Shown here: positions 1 through 9,783 of the stretch, one piece after another
Layout of the letters: each line of letters starts with the position of its first letter
Numbering within the stretch: position 1 is the stretch's first letter
Virus record (IMG/VR): IMGVR_UViG_3300033068_001019
Location: 2,391 to 66,390 of that record
DNA: 64,000 nt
Reading direction: 5' to 3' (one strand)
From: a virus
Taxonomy: Duplodnaviria > Caudoviricetes
The notes under the pieces: model-generated
The model's database searches: none
What the model was told of the DNA's origin: nothing
What the model saw: the letters and a program-made list of their open reading frames with translations, nothing else
Program-made: the position numbers and the translations under genes

Positions 1-1988
1 GCGTCGATCATCAGCATCTGCTCGGCGACGACGATCCGGGCCAGGGCCTGGACCAGGTTCTCGCACAGCAAGCCGCCATAGATCTTCTTGCGTATGTCAC
101 CGGACTGGTAGCTCCACTCGTCCCAGCCCTTGTCACCCATGGCCTTGCGCAGGTCTGGGTACTTCAGGGCCAGACCGTTGGGTAACGCGATGTAGCCGTA
201 GCCGATCTCCAGGCACTTATAGGTGATGGGTTGCGCGCGCTCGTCGGCCATGTGCTCGATCCACTGGGCGCAGGTCTTCCAGCCCTGCTCGATCTTGTTG
301 TTGTTGCGGCGGTACAGGTTGACGATGCGGTGGCATTCCTCCAGGCTGAAGTAGACCTTCGGGCCGCCGAGGGCACCCTTGGCCAGCGTCATTTGGAGTT
401 TGGGGGCTCCCATCTGGAAGCCCAAGCCCAGCACGCAGACCTTGCCAATGAAGCGCTCGAGCTTGTCCTCGGTCGTGATCTCACGTCCATAGACCGAGTC
501 GGCGAAGCGGCAGTAGGCGTCGCGGTTCTCGCCGCGGGCCACGCCCAGGGTCTTGTCCCAGGTGTCGGCCTTGCGAAAGGCGTCGAGCAGGTCGTCCTGG
601 TTCCAGAGCCAACCGTTGACACGGGCTTCGATCTGACCTGAGTCGACGACGGCCATCTGGTGGCCGTCGTCGGCTTCGATGGACAGGCGCAGTTCACCAC
701 CACGGGTGAGGTTCTGCATGTTCATCTTGTTGTTGCCACCCCAGCGCAGGGTGTGCGCGCGGGCATAGGCATAGCCGACTGGCAGCTTCATGCCGTTCTT
801 GCCGGCTTCGAGGAAGCGCTCGGCGCGGGTGATGTTGGTCGTGGACTTGACCGAGATCCGCACGTCGACGAGTTGCTGCAGACGGACTTGCCGGGCGCTG
901 GCTTTGAGCACATCGCCGGCATCCTCGGGGTCGAGGTCGGGGAAGAGTTCCCAGACTTTCTCCGGCAGGTTGACGAAGTCCAGGTCATCCTTGGCGAAGG
1001 CATAGACATACTTCTCGTCGAGCGTGAGGGCTTTTTGCTCGGCGTTGCGCTTGACCCAGGCCGGGCTGATCTTGCGTGGGAGCTGGTCCTCGGTCAGGCC
1101 AGCGGCCATGAGCAGAGCGGCGAACTTGTCGTTGCTGCCGATCACGCGTTTGACGATCAGCATGTCGCGCTCTTCGCCCTGGAGCGCTCGTTCGGCGCCG
1201 GTCTTGAGTGTGGTCTTGTCGTCGTAGTCGCGCGGGTTGAGCACGCTGAGCATCAGCTCTTTACGTGCAGCGATCTCGCGCTCGTACTCGGCTTGGACCC
1301 GGGGGATGTTGACGCGCAGGACCGGTGCGCAGAACATCCGCACGGTCATATGGATCAGCTCGAGTTCGCTGGGTGGATAGACGGCGTGCATTGCCTTGAA
1401 GATGCGGAACATTTCGTCCACGTCGTTGATGCAATACTCAGCCGAACGGCTCCACAGTGGTTTGTCGGCGAACAGTTCCTTGAAGCGCAGCCCCTTCATG
1501 CCCTCGACGCCACCATCGAGCTTGCCCTGGCCGCCATAGTGGATCGACACGTCGTGCAGGCCGGCGCCGATCTCATTGCTGTGCAGGCCGCGGGCCATGG
1601 ACAGGGTGCAGTAATACTTGGCCGGAATGATGCCGTAGTGGTGGCTCAGAATGAAGCCATCGAACTGGGTGTTGTGACACAGCAGGCTGTGGGTTTTCCA
1701 GTTGATCTTGGCCAGCTCGGCTTTGATCTTGGGGCCTGGCACCAGTCGGGTCTTCTTGCCGCCGATCTTGATACCGACCATCAGCGCCTCGAAGCGCGGG
1801 TCCCGGATGTACTCCGAGGTCGACATCTTCTTGAGCGTGTAGTCGGTGTCGTAGTGGGTCTCGAAGTCCAGACTGACCAGGCGATCCCAGTCGATGGGTG
1901 CCGGATCGAACTGGAACTTCGGGGTGGCCTTGGGCGTCAGCAGCGTGGCGACTTTCCTGGATTTTCTTGTGGCGGTGGTCCAGCTCAT
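1..1988 (-). CDS. polA: Family A DNA polymerase (C-terminus runs off the window)
   Basis: Translated by hand from ATG at 1988: exonuclease motifs LDFETHY and HNTQFD, polymerase motifs HTLRWGG, NMQNL, DSGQIEARV, GKVCVLGLGF, ENLVQALAR. Start overlaps the helicase stop (ATGA). Confidence 0.95.
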   Translation of the reverse strand, partial: MSWTTATRKSRKVATLLTPKATPKFQFDPAPIDWDRLVSLDFETHYDTDYTLKKMSTSEYIRDPRFEALMVGIKIGGKKTRLVPGPKIKAELAKINWKTHSLLCHNTQFDGFILSHHYGIIPAKYYCTLSMARGLHSNEIGAGLHDVSIHYGGQGKLDGGVEGMKGLRFKELFADKPLWSRSAEYCINDVDEMFRIFKAMHAVYPPSELELIHMTVRMFCAPVLRVNIPRVQAEYEREIAARKELMLSVLNPRDYDDKTTLKTGAERALQGEERDMLIVKRVIGSNDKFAALLMAAGLTEDQLPRKISPAWVKRNAEQKALTLDEKYVYAFAKDDLDFVNLPEKVWELFPDLDPEDAGDVLKASARQVRLQQLVDVRISVKSTTNITRAERFLEAGKNGMKLPVGYAYARAHTLRWGGNNKMNMQNLTRGGELRLSIEADDGHQMAVVDSGQIEARVNGWLWNQDDLLDAFRKADTWDKTLGVARGENRDAYCRFADSVYGREITTEDKLERFIGKVCVLGLGFQMGAPKLQMTLAKGALGGPKVYFSLEECHRIVNLYRRNNNKIEQGWKTCAQWIEHMADERAQPITYKCLEIGYGYIALPNGLALKYPDLRKAMGDKGWDEWSYQSGDIRKKIYGGLLCENLVQALARIVVAEQMLMID

Positions 1989-3343
1989 GATGCAAAGAGG
2001 TCGAGGAGGTTTTTCATGCGTGCGTTCTTGCTTTGCAGGATTTCGTACACGCGCTCGTCGATCGTTCCAGGTGCCACGATCGTGATGGTCTCGGTCTTAT
2101 TCTTTTGCCCCATGCGGTGTTGCCGCTTGGAGCCTTGCTCGAACAGTTCCAGGTCGTAGGTCGGCGAGGACCAGATCGTGGTGGTGCCACGGGTCAGGGT
2201 CAGGCCGTGGGCCGCTGAACGCGGGTGGGCGAACATCACCTGGTAGCGTCCGGCCTGGTAGCCAGCGACCATGCTGGTGCGTTCGTCGTCGGTGGAGTCG
2301 CCATCGAGCACGCAGAAGGTGATCCCGCGTTTGTCAGCCTCGGCGGTCAGGGCGTCGCGCTGGTGCTTCCAGTGGAAGAACACCAGGCTGTGCTGACGTT
2401 CCTCGACCAGATCCAGGATCATCTTGTAGCGGCCGTCGTCGACCAGCACCATGCCTTCGGGGCCGTAGACCGCGCCGCTGGCGATTTGCAACAGCTTGCC
2501 GGCCACGACGGCGGCGTTGACGGCGGTGATGAGCGCGCCGGTCTTCTTGACCTCCAGCATCTGGGTCTGTTCCATCTGGTCGTAGGCTTTGCGCTGCTTG
2601 GGGGTCAGCTCGTACTCCAGGGTGTAGCGGTGGTTGGCTGGGATGTCGACGCAGTCTTCGAACTTGTGCCGGATCACGATGTCCTGCAGCAGGCCGAACA
2701 CGGCTTCTTCGGCGCCGTCCTTGTCGGCCCACTGGATGGCATTGGTGCTTTTGCCGACCTGTGTAGGTTCGCAGACGGCGTTGCGGAAGGCATAGAAGCT
2801 ACTGCCCAGGCGTTTGCCTTCGTCCAGCAGATAGACCTGGTGCCACACATCGGTGATGGAGCGGCCGTTGGGTGTACCGGTCATGGCGCGGCGGTACTTG
2901 AAGTGCTTGGCGATCTTGGCCATGGCACGGCTGCGCTGGCTGGTGTGGTGCTTGTAGGCTGATGACTCGTCGATGACCAGTGTGTCGAACTTGTCGAAGA
3001 AGCCCTTCTTTTGCTGGGCCAGCCACTTGGCGGCATCCAGGTTGGTGACATACACGTCAGCTTCCTGGGCGAAGACTTCGCCGCGGTCGGCTGCCGTGGC
3101 CACGGCGACCTTCAGGTTGGGGGTGAACTTCTTGAAGTCGTTGAACCAGGTGCTGCGCAGCAGGGTGCGTGGAGCCAGTACCAGGGCGCATTTGCCTTTC
3201 TTTTTCGTCCGACGATAGTCGAAGTCCCAGGCTGCTACGGCAGTCTTGCCAGTGCCAGGGTCGCTGCAGTCATAGACTATCGGGGTGGTCTTGGCGTGGG
3301 TCAGCGATTTCTTCTGGTGGGCGAATGGGGCAGGCTTGGTCAT
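1985..3343 (-). CDS. SNF2-family helicase
   Basis: Walker A DPGTGKT, DESS box, MTGTP, HGLTLT, RQHRMGQ; start moved to MTKPAPFAHQ. Confidence 0.92.
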   Translation of the reverse strand: MTKPAPFAHQKKSLTHAKTTPIVYDCSDPGTGKTAVAAWDFDYRRTKKKGKCALVLAPRTLLRSTWFNDFKKFTPNLKVAVATAADRGEVFAQEADVYVTNLDAAKWLAQQKKGFFDKFDTLVIDESSAYKHHTSQRSRAMAKIAKHFKYRRAMTGTPNGRSITDVWHQVYLLDEGKRLGSSFYAFRNAVCEPTQVGKSTNAIQWADKDGAEEAVFGLLQDIVIRHKFEDCVDIPANHRYTLEYELTPKQRKAYDQMEQTQMLEVKKTGALITAVNAAVVAGKLLQIASGAVYGPEGMVLVDDGRYKMILDLVEERQHSLVFFHWKHQRDALTAEADKRGITFCVLDGDSTDDERTSMVAGYQAGRYQVMFAHPRSAAHGLTLTRGTTTIWSSPTYDLELFEQGSKRQHRMGQKNKTETITIVAPGTIDERVYEILQSKNARMKNLLDLFAS

Positions 3344-3536
3344 AGACGGCAATCCTTTCGAGGGCCTCGGTGCGGTTATTGCTGATGTACTCGACACTCC
3401 ACATCTCAGGGATGCCAGCAGTGAGCACGATGGCTTCATGCCCGAGCAGCCGGGCTGTGGCGAGATCCAGGGTGAGCTGTGGGCCGTATCGGCGTTCGAG
3501 GTCGCGCAAGTGCTGGCGACGCTGCTTCGAGTTCAT
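3270..3536 (-). CDS. Hypothetical protein
   Basis: ORF from MNSKQRR fills the gap between exonuclease and helicase but overlaps the helicase start. Confidence 0.4.
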   Translation of the reverse strand: MNSKQRRQHLRDLERRYGPQLTLDLATARLLGHEAIVLTAGIPEMWSVEYISNNRTEALERIAVYDQACPIRPPEEIADPRQDHPDSL

Positions 3537-3728
3537 GGTGTCCTTCGAGCGCAAGAGATGTTGGGGTCCCGGCATGTGCGTTCCCTGGCCGGGGCAAGGT
3601 GGGGAGGAGTGATTGGGCGAGGTATGGAAGGCGAGTACCTCGGCAGGCCCTTTCATTTACCTGTGGCTTTTCGACGCACCTACTTCGACACAGGTCAGTC
3701 ATCCCGCTCTGCCGGCAGGACGCGGAGA

Positions 3729-4472
3729 TCATTTGCGCTTGGGTTTGGCTCCAGGCAGGCTTTGGACGCCGACCTGGCATTGACCGCCGTTCCAGGGGCC
3801 GTACTGGCACCACTTGCAGGAATGGACGTTGGGGTTGGGCTCCCACTTGGTGCAGGTGGTGAGCTTGTGGCCGCGCCGGTCGAAGTTGCTGCGGTATTTG
3901 AGACCCTTCTCACGCATGAAGGACACGCTGGTCAGGTTCTCGCCGGGCTTCTGGTCCAGATACCAGAGCTCGGCGTTGACATGCTCCAACTTGGGGTAGC
4001 GCATGAAAGAGACGAGTTGGTAGAGGTTCAGCTGTTCGCCGTGCTTGATCTCGTTGCCGAACTTGCGCCCGGTCTTGAAGTCGATCACCGTGGCGTGGGT
4101 CTCGCTGTGGAAGACGATGGCGTCGAGCTTGAGGCGCAGCCAGGCGGTCTTCCAGTCGGCGACTTCCCAGTCGCGGTTCATGCCCCATTCGCCCTCGAGG
4201 CTGACCAGGCCGTCGGCGTGCAGCACGCGCAGCAGGTCGATCTGGGGGCCAAAGTGCAGAGCAGCTTCGGGGGCGAGGGTGTTGGAGGTGCCGTTGATGT
4301 ATTCCTCGCACGACGTGTGGATGCGGGTGCCGCGGTCGTTGGCATGCTCGGTCTTGCCCGGGGGCAGGGGCCGCTCGGGCTCGGGGATTTTTTGGTCGTG
4401 CTTCAGCCAGCACAGGAACTTGCAGGTCTCGAAGTCCTGCAGCTTGCTGAAGGACCAGCTGTTGATTGCCAT
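3729..4472 (-). CDS. Cas4/RecB-like PD-(D/E)XK exonuclease with Fe-S cysteines
   Basis: SWSFSKLQDFETC, LKLDAI...IDFKTG, QLNLY, C-terminal CKWC...C. Confidence 0.88.
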   Translation of the reverse strand: MAINSWSFSKLQDFETCKFLCWLKHDQKIPEPERPLPPGKTEHANDRGTRIHTSCEEYINGTSNTLAPEAALHFGPQIDLLRVLHADGLVSLEGEWGMNRDWEVADWKTAWLRLKLDAIVFHSETHATVIDFKTGRKFGNEIKHGEQLNLYQLVSFMRYPKLEHVNAELWYLDQKPGENLTSVSFMREKGLKYRSNFDRRGHKLTTCTKWEPNPNVHSCKWCQYGPWNGGQCQVGVQSLPGAKPKRK

Positions 4473-4510
4473 ATCGTTTCTCGTTTCTTTGTTCGTTCGA
4501 CGACAAACGA

Positions 4511-5008
4511 TTATGCACCAGTCGGAGCCAGCCGTGGGCGCAGATCGGGGCTGTTGAGCTTGTCGTAGTGACAGTCGATGGTTCGCACCGGGCGAGCCAA
4601 TTCGTAGCCTTCTTCACCAAAGTCTTCGGATTCGATGTCGTCGTCGTTTTCGCCGATGCGAACGAAGGCACCGCACAGGAAGGCCTCGGGGCTGTCTGGC
4701 TCACATTCGGAATACAGCCCCTCGAAGTGCTGGTAGATGTGGGTGTGGGCTTGAACGTCTGGGTAGGCCTTAAACCACTTCCAGTGCGTGCCGCCCGCAC
4801 CCAGGATGGCGACGGCGGCATCTATGCAGGTCAGCTTGGTGTCGGTTGGCGTTGCCATGAACGTAATGGGTACGTCGTCCATGACTTTCCATTCGTCGAG
4901 GACTTCCTTCGTGATGTCGTCGCCGTTCAGGCGCAGGGCGGCGAACTCACGCAGAATAATTTCCTTGGGGCCGCGCACGACTATACGGACGTTGGATTCG
5001 TAGCCCAT
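4511..5008 (-). CDS. Hypothetical protein
   Basis: 165-aa ORF with phage-like codon use, in operon context. Confidence 0.7.
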   Translation of the reverse strand: MGYESNVRIVVRGPKEIILREFAALRLNGDDITKEVLDEWKVMDDVPITFMATPTDTKLTCIDAAVAILGAGGTHWKWFKAYPDVQAHTHIYQHFEGLYSECEPDSPEAFLCGAFVRIGENDDDIESEDFGEEGYELARPVRTIDCHYDKLNSPDLRPRLAPTGA

Positions 5009-5023
5009 GATCCATGTCTCCTA

Positions 5024-5293
5024 TCAGGTGTAGAGTGGATAGATACCGGTAAGCCGGTAGGTAAGCGCATCGATCGGTTCGACGAAGACGATGTTGGGGC
5101 AGGCGGAGTAGCCTGACGTTGCGAGCTCCCTGCTGTTTGGGCACTCGTTCGAGTATTTGCGTGCTTTGTTGACGTGGCTGTGGTCACGGTCGCGATCAAA
5201 CTCTCTGGAAAACACACAGCTGTTGCAGGGGGGATAATCCCGCGGAACGGGCAGCGCAACGACCTCGCGGCCCTCGACGATGCGTTTATCCAT
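5024..5293 (-). CDS. Small Cys-rich protein, paralogue 1
   Basis: MDKRIVEGREVVA...CNSC...C...C...FVEPIDALTYRLTGIYP; termini nearly identical to the adjacent gene. Confidence 0.75.
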   Translation of the reverse strand: MDKRIVEGREVVALPVPRDYPPCNSCVFSREFDRDRDHSHVNKARKYSNECPNSRELATSGYSACPNIVFVEPIDALTYRLTGIYPLYT

Positions 5294-5537
5294 GGTGTTT
5301 CTCCGAGGCCTTGTAGACCGGATAGATACCCGTGAGCCGGCCGGTGAGCGCATCGATCGGCTTGACGAAGAAGACGCCCAGGCAAGGTATGCTGTCCTCG
5401 ATGCTGTTCTTTATCGGGGCGCAAGGTAGCTTCCCACGAGTGGAGAACAGGCAGTGCTGGCAAGCCGAAACCGAAAATCCTGCGGCTTCTATCGGGATAG
5501 CAACGACCTCGTGACCCTCGACGATGCGCTTGTCCAC
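5286..5537 (-). CDS. Small Cys-rich protein, paralogue 2
   Basis: GTG start; MDKRIVEGHEVVA...CQHC...C...C...FVKPIDALTGRLTGIYP. Confidence 0.75.
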   Translation of the reverse strand: MDKRIVEGHEVVAIPIEAAGFSVSACQHCLFSTRGKLPCAPIKNSIEDSIPCLGVFFVKPIDALTGRLTGIYPVYKASEKHHG

Positions 5538-5538
5538 G

Positions 5539-6675
5539 TCACACCTCGATCTGGATGGTCTCGCCGATCTGAGCGATCTGCCCGGAGGTGCAGCACCAGA
5601 GCACCGGGAAGTCGGCGCTGCTGGGCTGTGGGCCGTAGAGGTCGGTCAGGTAGATCAGGCATTCGGGTTGGAGGCCTTGCGTTTCGATGTGCTTGAACGG
5701 CGGGCGGAAATCGGTGCCGCCGCCGCCGCACATCTCGAACTTCAGTTCGTCATGCGGGTCGTAGGCGTCGATGCGGTTGATCTCGGCGTCGCAGTAGATG
5801 ACGTGGGTCTTGATGGGGCGCACGGCCGATACCAACGCCTTGATCTCGGAGCCGAAGACGCTGAGCGTGTGCTGGTCGATCGAGCCCGAGGTGTCGATAC
5901 AGACCACGATCTCGCCCATGTTCTCGGACCAGAGCCCAGGCAAGTAGACGCCGGCCGACAGGTAGCGCCGGTTGGGGCGCGACCAGCTGTAGTCGTCCTT
6001 GCTGATCTGGGTGATGAACTGGCGCAGTTGGTCGCGCCAATTCACCTTGGGCGGAGCGGTGATCTCTTCGACGAAGCGTTGCAGAGCGCCGGGAAGCTGA
6101 CCCTGGGCCTTGGCGGCGTTGACGGCCTGCACGGTTGCGAGCTTCCAGTCGACGCTGGTGTGTTCTTGGTCGGCAGGATCGCCGTCCATGATCTCATCCA
6201 GCGGAGAGCCGACGCTGTCTTCGTTGCCAGAATCGTCGCCATTGTCTTCCGGCAGCAGGTTGTAGATCTGGTCTGCCGTCATGTCGCGATAGGCGGGGTT
6301 GATCAGCCAGCTGTCGCCGATCTCGAAGCCGGAGTCTTGCAACACCAGGTTGATGGCGAAGTCGCCGGCTTGGTTCCATCGACGGGGGCTGCGATTACCG
6401 CGCCGACCGATGTGCTCGAAGACACAGTGCATGACCTCGTGGGCTATCGCGCTGCGGGTCAGGCTGTCGGTCAGTTCGTTGACGACGAAGTCGGGGTTGT
6501 AGAAGCAGTGCTTGCCGTCAACCGCCAGGGTCTGGATGTTGTGCCGCTCGACCAACTTCAAACGAAGCGCGAGCATGCCGAAGAAGCCATGGCCCTTGTT
6601 CAGCAGCAGCTGAGCGCGGGCGATGGTCAGCTTCTTGAGTGCGGCGGCGCTGTTGGGGCTAGAGGGTTTGGTCAT
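5539..6675 (-). CDS. DUF2201-type metallopeptidase fused to a vWA domain
   Basis: HEVMH zincin motif, MIDAS DTSGS, GGGGTDF, YLTD. Confidence 0.9.
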   Translation of the reverse strand: MTKPSSPNSAAALKKLTIARAQLLLNKGHGFFGMLALRLKLVERHNIQTLAVDGKHCFYNPDFVVNELTDSLTRSAIAHEVMHCVFEHIGRRGNRSPRRWNQAGDFAINLVLQDSGFEIGDSWLINPAYRDMTADQIYNLLPEDNGDDSGNEDSVGSPLDEIMDGDPADQEHTSVDWKLATVQAVNAAKAQGQLPGALQRFVEEITAPPKVNWRDQLRQFITQISKDDYSWSRPNRRYLSAGVYLPGLWSENMGEIVVCIDTSGSIDQHTLSVFGSEIKALVSAVRPIKTHVIYCDAEINRIDAYDPHDELKFEMCGGGGTDFRPPFKHIETQGLQPECLIYLTDLYGPQPSSADFPVLWCCTSGQIAQIGETIQIEV

Positions 6676-6839
6676 GATGTCAAGATCTCGTTGATTTGTT
6701 TGATCTTCGCGAAGAGCTTGGCGTCAGCTTCGGAGCTGAAGCTGGCGATCCAGGTGCTGTTCCCTTTGGGCGGATTTTCGAAGACCTCCCACTCGGGGAG
6801 GCTGTTGTTGGCATTCAGGTGGATGGAGTAGGTGCTCAT
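6672..6839 (-). CDS. Hypothetical protein
   Basis: 55-aa ORF with ATGA-type overlaps on both sides. Confidence 0.6.
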   Translation of the reverse strand: MSTYSIHLNANNSLPEWEVFENPPKGNSTWIASFSSEADAKLFAKIKQINEILTS

Positions 6840-7561
6840 GAAAAACCCCCACAAACGCGCGCGGGCGGTGTAGTGTTGGGGATGACCCTGGATTCCTTGG
6901 CGCCGTGGATGTGATACAAGGCGTCCCGGAATTTGTCGGTGTCCTTCAAGAACTCAGCCAGTTCCAGCCAATGGTCCGAATTTGTGACATCGAGGTGGTT
7001 GATGCGGTCTGGAAGGGCGTTGGACTGAACTCCCCAACCAACCAGTTTTTCGGTGGCCTTGTACCAGTCCATGAAGGGTTTGATCATCCGGCGGACTTCA
7101 GCGCTTTTTTCCTTGTCGATGAATTCACGCTGGCGGTCTTTTGTACCTCCGATGATCTGCCACAGCGCGTTACCGCAGGGGCGGAGTAAGAAAGGGTGGC
7201 CGTTGGAGGCAAACCAGGCCGTACCTTCTTCGGTTTCCACGCGAAGCAAGGTGTTGTCGACGCTGATACCGCTGGGTAGCATGCGATGCAGAAACGCGTT
7301 GGAGGAATTGCTGTTGTAGAGCTGCACCTCGACCTGACCGTTCTCGTGATAGACGACATGGTCGCATTGATAGAGCGTGCAGCTGTACGAGCCATCGTTC
7401 CGTTTGACCAGCCGTTTGTGCGGCATGGTGTTACGGTCCAACGGGCGCCAGTTGTCTTCCCAACCAGCGCGTTTGGAAGGTTCTGTGTGACTGAACCATT
7501 CCTTGCAGTCCTGGTACGAAGATAGGAACGGCAGCCGGTGACTTTGGATGGCGAAAGCCAT
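6836..7561 (-). CDS. Hypothetical protein
   Basis: 241-aa ORF coupled to its neighbours. Confidence 0.75.
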   Translation of the reverse strand: MAFAIQSHRLPFLSSYQDCKEWFSHTEPSKRAGWEDNWRPLDRNTMPHKRLVKRNDGSYSCTLYQCDHVVYHENGQVEVQLYNSNSSNAFLHRMLPSGISVDNTLLRVETEEGTAWFASNGHPFLLRPCGNALWQIIGGTKDRQREFIDKEKSAEVRRMIKPFMDWYKATEKLVGWGVQSNALPDRINHLDVTNSDHWLELAEFLKDTDKFRDALYHIHGAKESRVIPNTTPPARVCGGFS

Positions 7562-7563
7562 GA

Positions 7564-8391
7564 TCAGCTCCAGGGCATCTTGGCCAGGATGTCGGCGGCG
7601 CCGTCAGCCAGGCGTTTGCGTGTCAGTGGGTTGTCGCGGATGCTGTCGGGCGGGACGATCAGTTGCTTGATGTCGGCCTCCATCTGGGTAATCGCCGGGT
7701 CTTCGGTGATGTTGAGGCCCGACAGCACCGAGACCAGATCCTGGGCGTTCTCCATCAGGCTGTCGTGGATGCGGCCGTTTTCCTTCGAGCACTGCTCGGC
7801 AATGCGCTGCAGCACCTCGCGGGCGCGGGTGTAGCAGTCCTTGACGGCCTTGGCCTGGCGTGCGTTGACGGCATCGGTGATCTGCTGGCGGATCTCGGCT
7901 TGGGTTTCGGCGTCGACCTCGACGCGGAAGTCGCCGGCATCGGGCACTGGTGTGATCAACAGGTCGACATCGAAGGCGCTCTGCAGCTTGTTCACGTCCG
8001 GGTAGTCGTCGGGCTGATACATGGTGCCCAGGCGCAGGCGTGCGTCGGTGACGAGCTGGGGGTAGAGCTTCAGGAAGTCGGTCTTGGCCTTCTCGAACTT
8101 CGTCTTGAGGTCGTTGATTTCCTGGCGGTACTCCATGAACAGTTTGGACGGCAGCAGGCGTTGGCCCTTGTCGGACCAGGGCAGGGTGCGGCTGTAGTGG
8201 TATTTGCGGATCTGCCCGGCCAGGGCGTCGATCTCGGCCAGGTGCGCCTTGTCGATCAGGCGCTTGTTGTAGCGCCCGGCGTCCTTGGCGGCGTGGGCCA
8301 TCTCGACCTCGGCCGAGACGGTCTTGTCGTGCTTGGTGGCGGTCCATTTGGAGATGGTGAGATCGACCAGCATGCTTTTGTCTTGAATCAT
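7564..8391 (-). CDS. DUF3150-like helical protein (usual partner of phage MoxR/vWA)
   Basis: MLVDLTISKWTATKHDK, RYNKRLI, YHYSRTLPWSDKGQRLLP, YPD...FDVD; start MIQDKS. Confidence 0.75.
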   Translation of the reverse strand: MIQDKSMLVDLTISKWTATKHDKTVSAEVEMAHAAKDAGRYNKRLIDKAHLAEIDALAGQIRKYHYSRTLPWSDKGQRLLPSKLFMEYRQEINDLKTKFEKAKTDFLKLYPQLVTDARLRLGTMYQPDDYPDVNKLQSAFDVDLLITPVPDAGDFRVEVDAETQAEIRQQITDAVNARQAKAVKDCYTRAREVLQRIAEQCSKENGRIHDSLMENAQDLVSVLSGLNITEDPAITQMEADIKQLIVPPDSIRDNPLTRKRLADGAADILAKMPWS

Positions 8392-8639
8392 GGTGCTTCT
8401 CCTGTGAGTTTCTTGGTGAGGTAGTCCGTAATGGACGTGACGTAAAAACCACGAGACTCTTTCGTCTGGCATACCCGTGCGCGCCCAGTAGCAAAGCAGC
8501 TGGTGGTGTTTTTATCTCTGTGGTCGTCATCGAACCCATCCAAATGCTCTGCGTAAAAGCAGCACACATGACATGCAGAGAGTTCGTTCGACTCTATGAG
8601 GAATACTTTCCTGCCGGAAACGACAATCGGTTCAGCCAT
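8388..8639 (-). CDS. Small Cys-rich protein, distant paralogue 3
   Basis: IVVSGRKV...CHVC...C...C...FYVTSITDYLTKKLTG resembles the 5024-5537 pair. Confidence 0.65.
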   Translation of the reverse strand: MAEPIVVSGRKVFLIESNELSACHVCCFYAEHLDGFDDDHRDKNTTSCFATGRARVCQTKESRGFYVTSITDYLTKKLTGEAP

Positions 8640-8826
8640 GTTTATTCTCCGGGAGGATGAATTTGATGATCTCGCACCCCAGCGGATGATTAGGCTTTCC
8701 GTAGGCGTCGTGCGAGATCATGTCGTAGCAGTTTGGACAGAACAGACCGGTGAAGCCGAAGTAGTTATTCAGGCGCCACCACTGCCCGTTGCGGTCCTGC
8801 GGTTTTCCACAGTTAGTGCAGTTCAT
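8632..8826 (-). CDS. Zinc-finger protein
   Basis: CTNC...CPNC. Confidence 0.7.
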   Translation of the reverse strand: MNCTNCGKPQDRNGQWWRLNNYFGFTGLFCPNCYDMISHDAYGKPNHPLGCEIIKFILPENKHG

Positions 8827-8877
8827 GCGTCGGGTGGTTCAGGTTATTCGAGCCTAAAATCGCTCCGGGTTGTGTGG

Positions 8878-9087
8878 TTAGCCAGCCGCCTGGGATGTGC
8901 TGACGGCCAGCTCGTAGGTTGCAGGGGTGGGCCCGTTGGGGCTCCAGTGGTTGGCGTAGCCAGGGGTCGTGCGGCCAACTACTCGTTGGCTTCGGGTCTG
9001 CCAGAGCGTGTGATCCTTTCGGGACACAGGAATGATGTCCCTTGGCCCGACGTAGGCCAGGAACTCTTCTCGGGATACCTTGCGCAT
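8878..9087 (-). CDS. Hypothetical protein
   Basis: 69-aa ORF in operon. Confidence 0.6.
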   Translation of the reverse strand: MRKVSREEFLAYVGPRDIIPVSRKDHTLWQTRSQRVVGRTTPGYANHWSPNGPTPATYELAVSTSQAAG

Positions 9088-9088
9088 G

Positions 9089-9412
9089 TCAGCTCACTTT
9101 GAAGTGCGGAATGACATTACCTTGCAGCGGCTCAGGTCCCGCAGGCTTTCGCCAAAGCCCTGCGCTTGCCGGCCCTCTGGGAACTCCGTCGAGTTTGGAA
9201 ATCGCCACGAAGTGGGTGGCGCTCTGCCATGTTCGACGAGCCTCGAAACGGGACATATCCCAATCGTCCTGGGTGGCACCCTTGGAACGAACGTCGTTGG
9301 TGAATGCCGCCACCAGGCCACGCGCCAGCTGGCGCGCCAGCTTCTGGTTTGGCAAGGTCAGGCTTTCAGTGTGTGCGCCTCCGCGCATGCCGAACTCGAC
9401 GACGTACTTCAT
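9089..9412 (-). CDS. Hypothetical protein
   Basis: Start MKYVVEFG overlaps the GNAT stop. Confidence 0.65.
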   Translation of the reverse strand: MKYVVEFGMRGGAHTESLTLPNQKLARQLARGLVAAFTNDVRSKGATQDDWDMSRFEARRTWQSATHFVAISKLDGVPRGPASAGLWRKPAGPEPLQGNVIPHFKVS

Positions 9413-9780
9413 GTCGGCTCCCCATAGGCGGACTCGATCTCGCGACCGGAGTGCGAGCAGATCAGCGGCTCCTTCGTCACCAACCAGCCCCAGAGCTGGG
9501 TAATGCCGCCGGTTCGGGAGTTCGGGATGTTCTGCAACAAGTGCCATCCGGCGCGTTCCAGGACCGCGCGTTGGCGGTCATTGGACGAGTCGACCGTGCA
9601 GGTCGCATAGTCGTAGCCCAGGCGGGCCAGCAGATTCATCTGGTCGCGTTTGAGTTCGTGGCCAAGGCCCTTGCCGCGGTGCGCCGGGTGGACAAAGAGT
9701 CCGTGGCAGTGAGCAATTTGCGGCTGACTCGGGACGCTATCGAGCTCGTAGGCACCGTATTCAGTTGCATAACGCGCCAT
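9409..9780 (-). CDS. GNAT-family N-acetyltransferase
   Basis: Motif A FVHPAHRGKGLG; motif B-like TVDSSN...LERAGW. Confidence 0.8.
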   Translation of the reverse strand: MARYATEYGAYELDSVPSQPQIAHCHGLFVHPAHRGKGLGHELKRDQMNLLARLGYDYATCTVDSSNDRQRAVLERAGWHLLQNIPNSRTGGITQLWGWLVTKEPLICSHSGREIESAYGEPT

Positions 9781-9783
9781 TTT

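Noticed and set aside
3729-4472. Cas4-like nuclease as evidence of a CRISPR locus
   Set aside because: No repeat-spacer array or other cas genes were seen; such nucleases are routine in phage replication modules.
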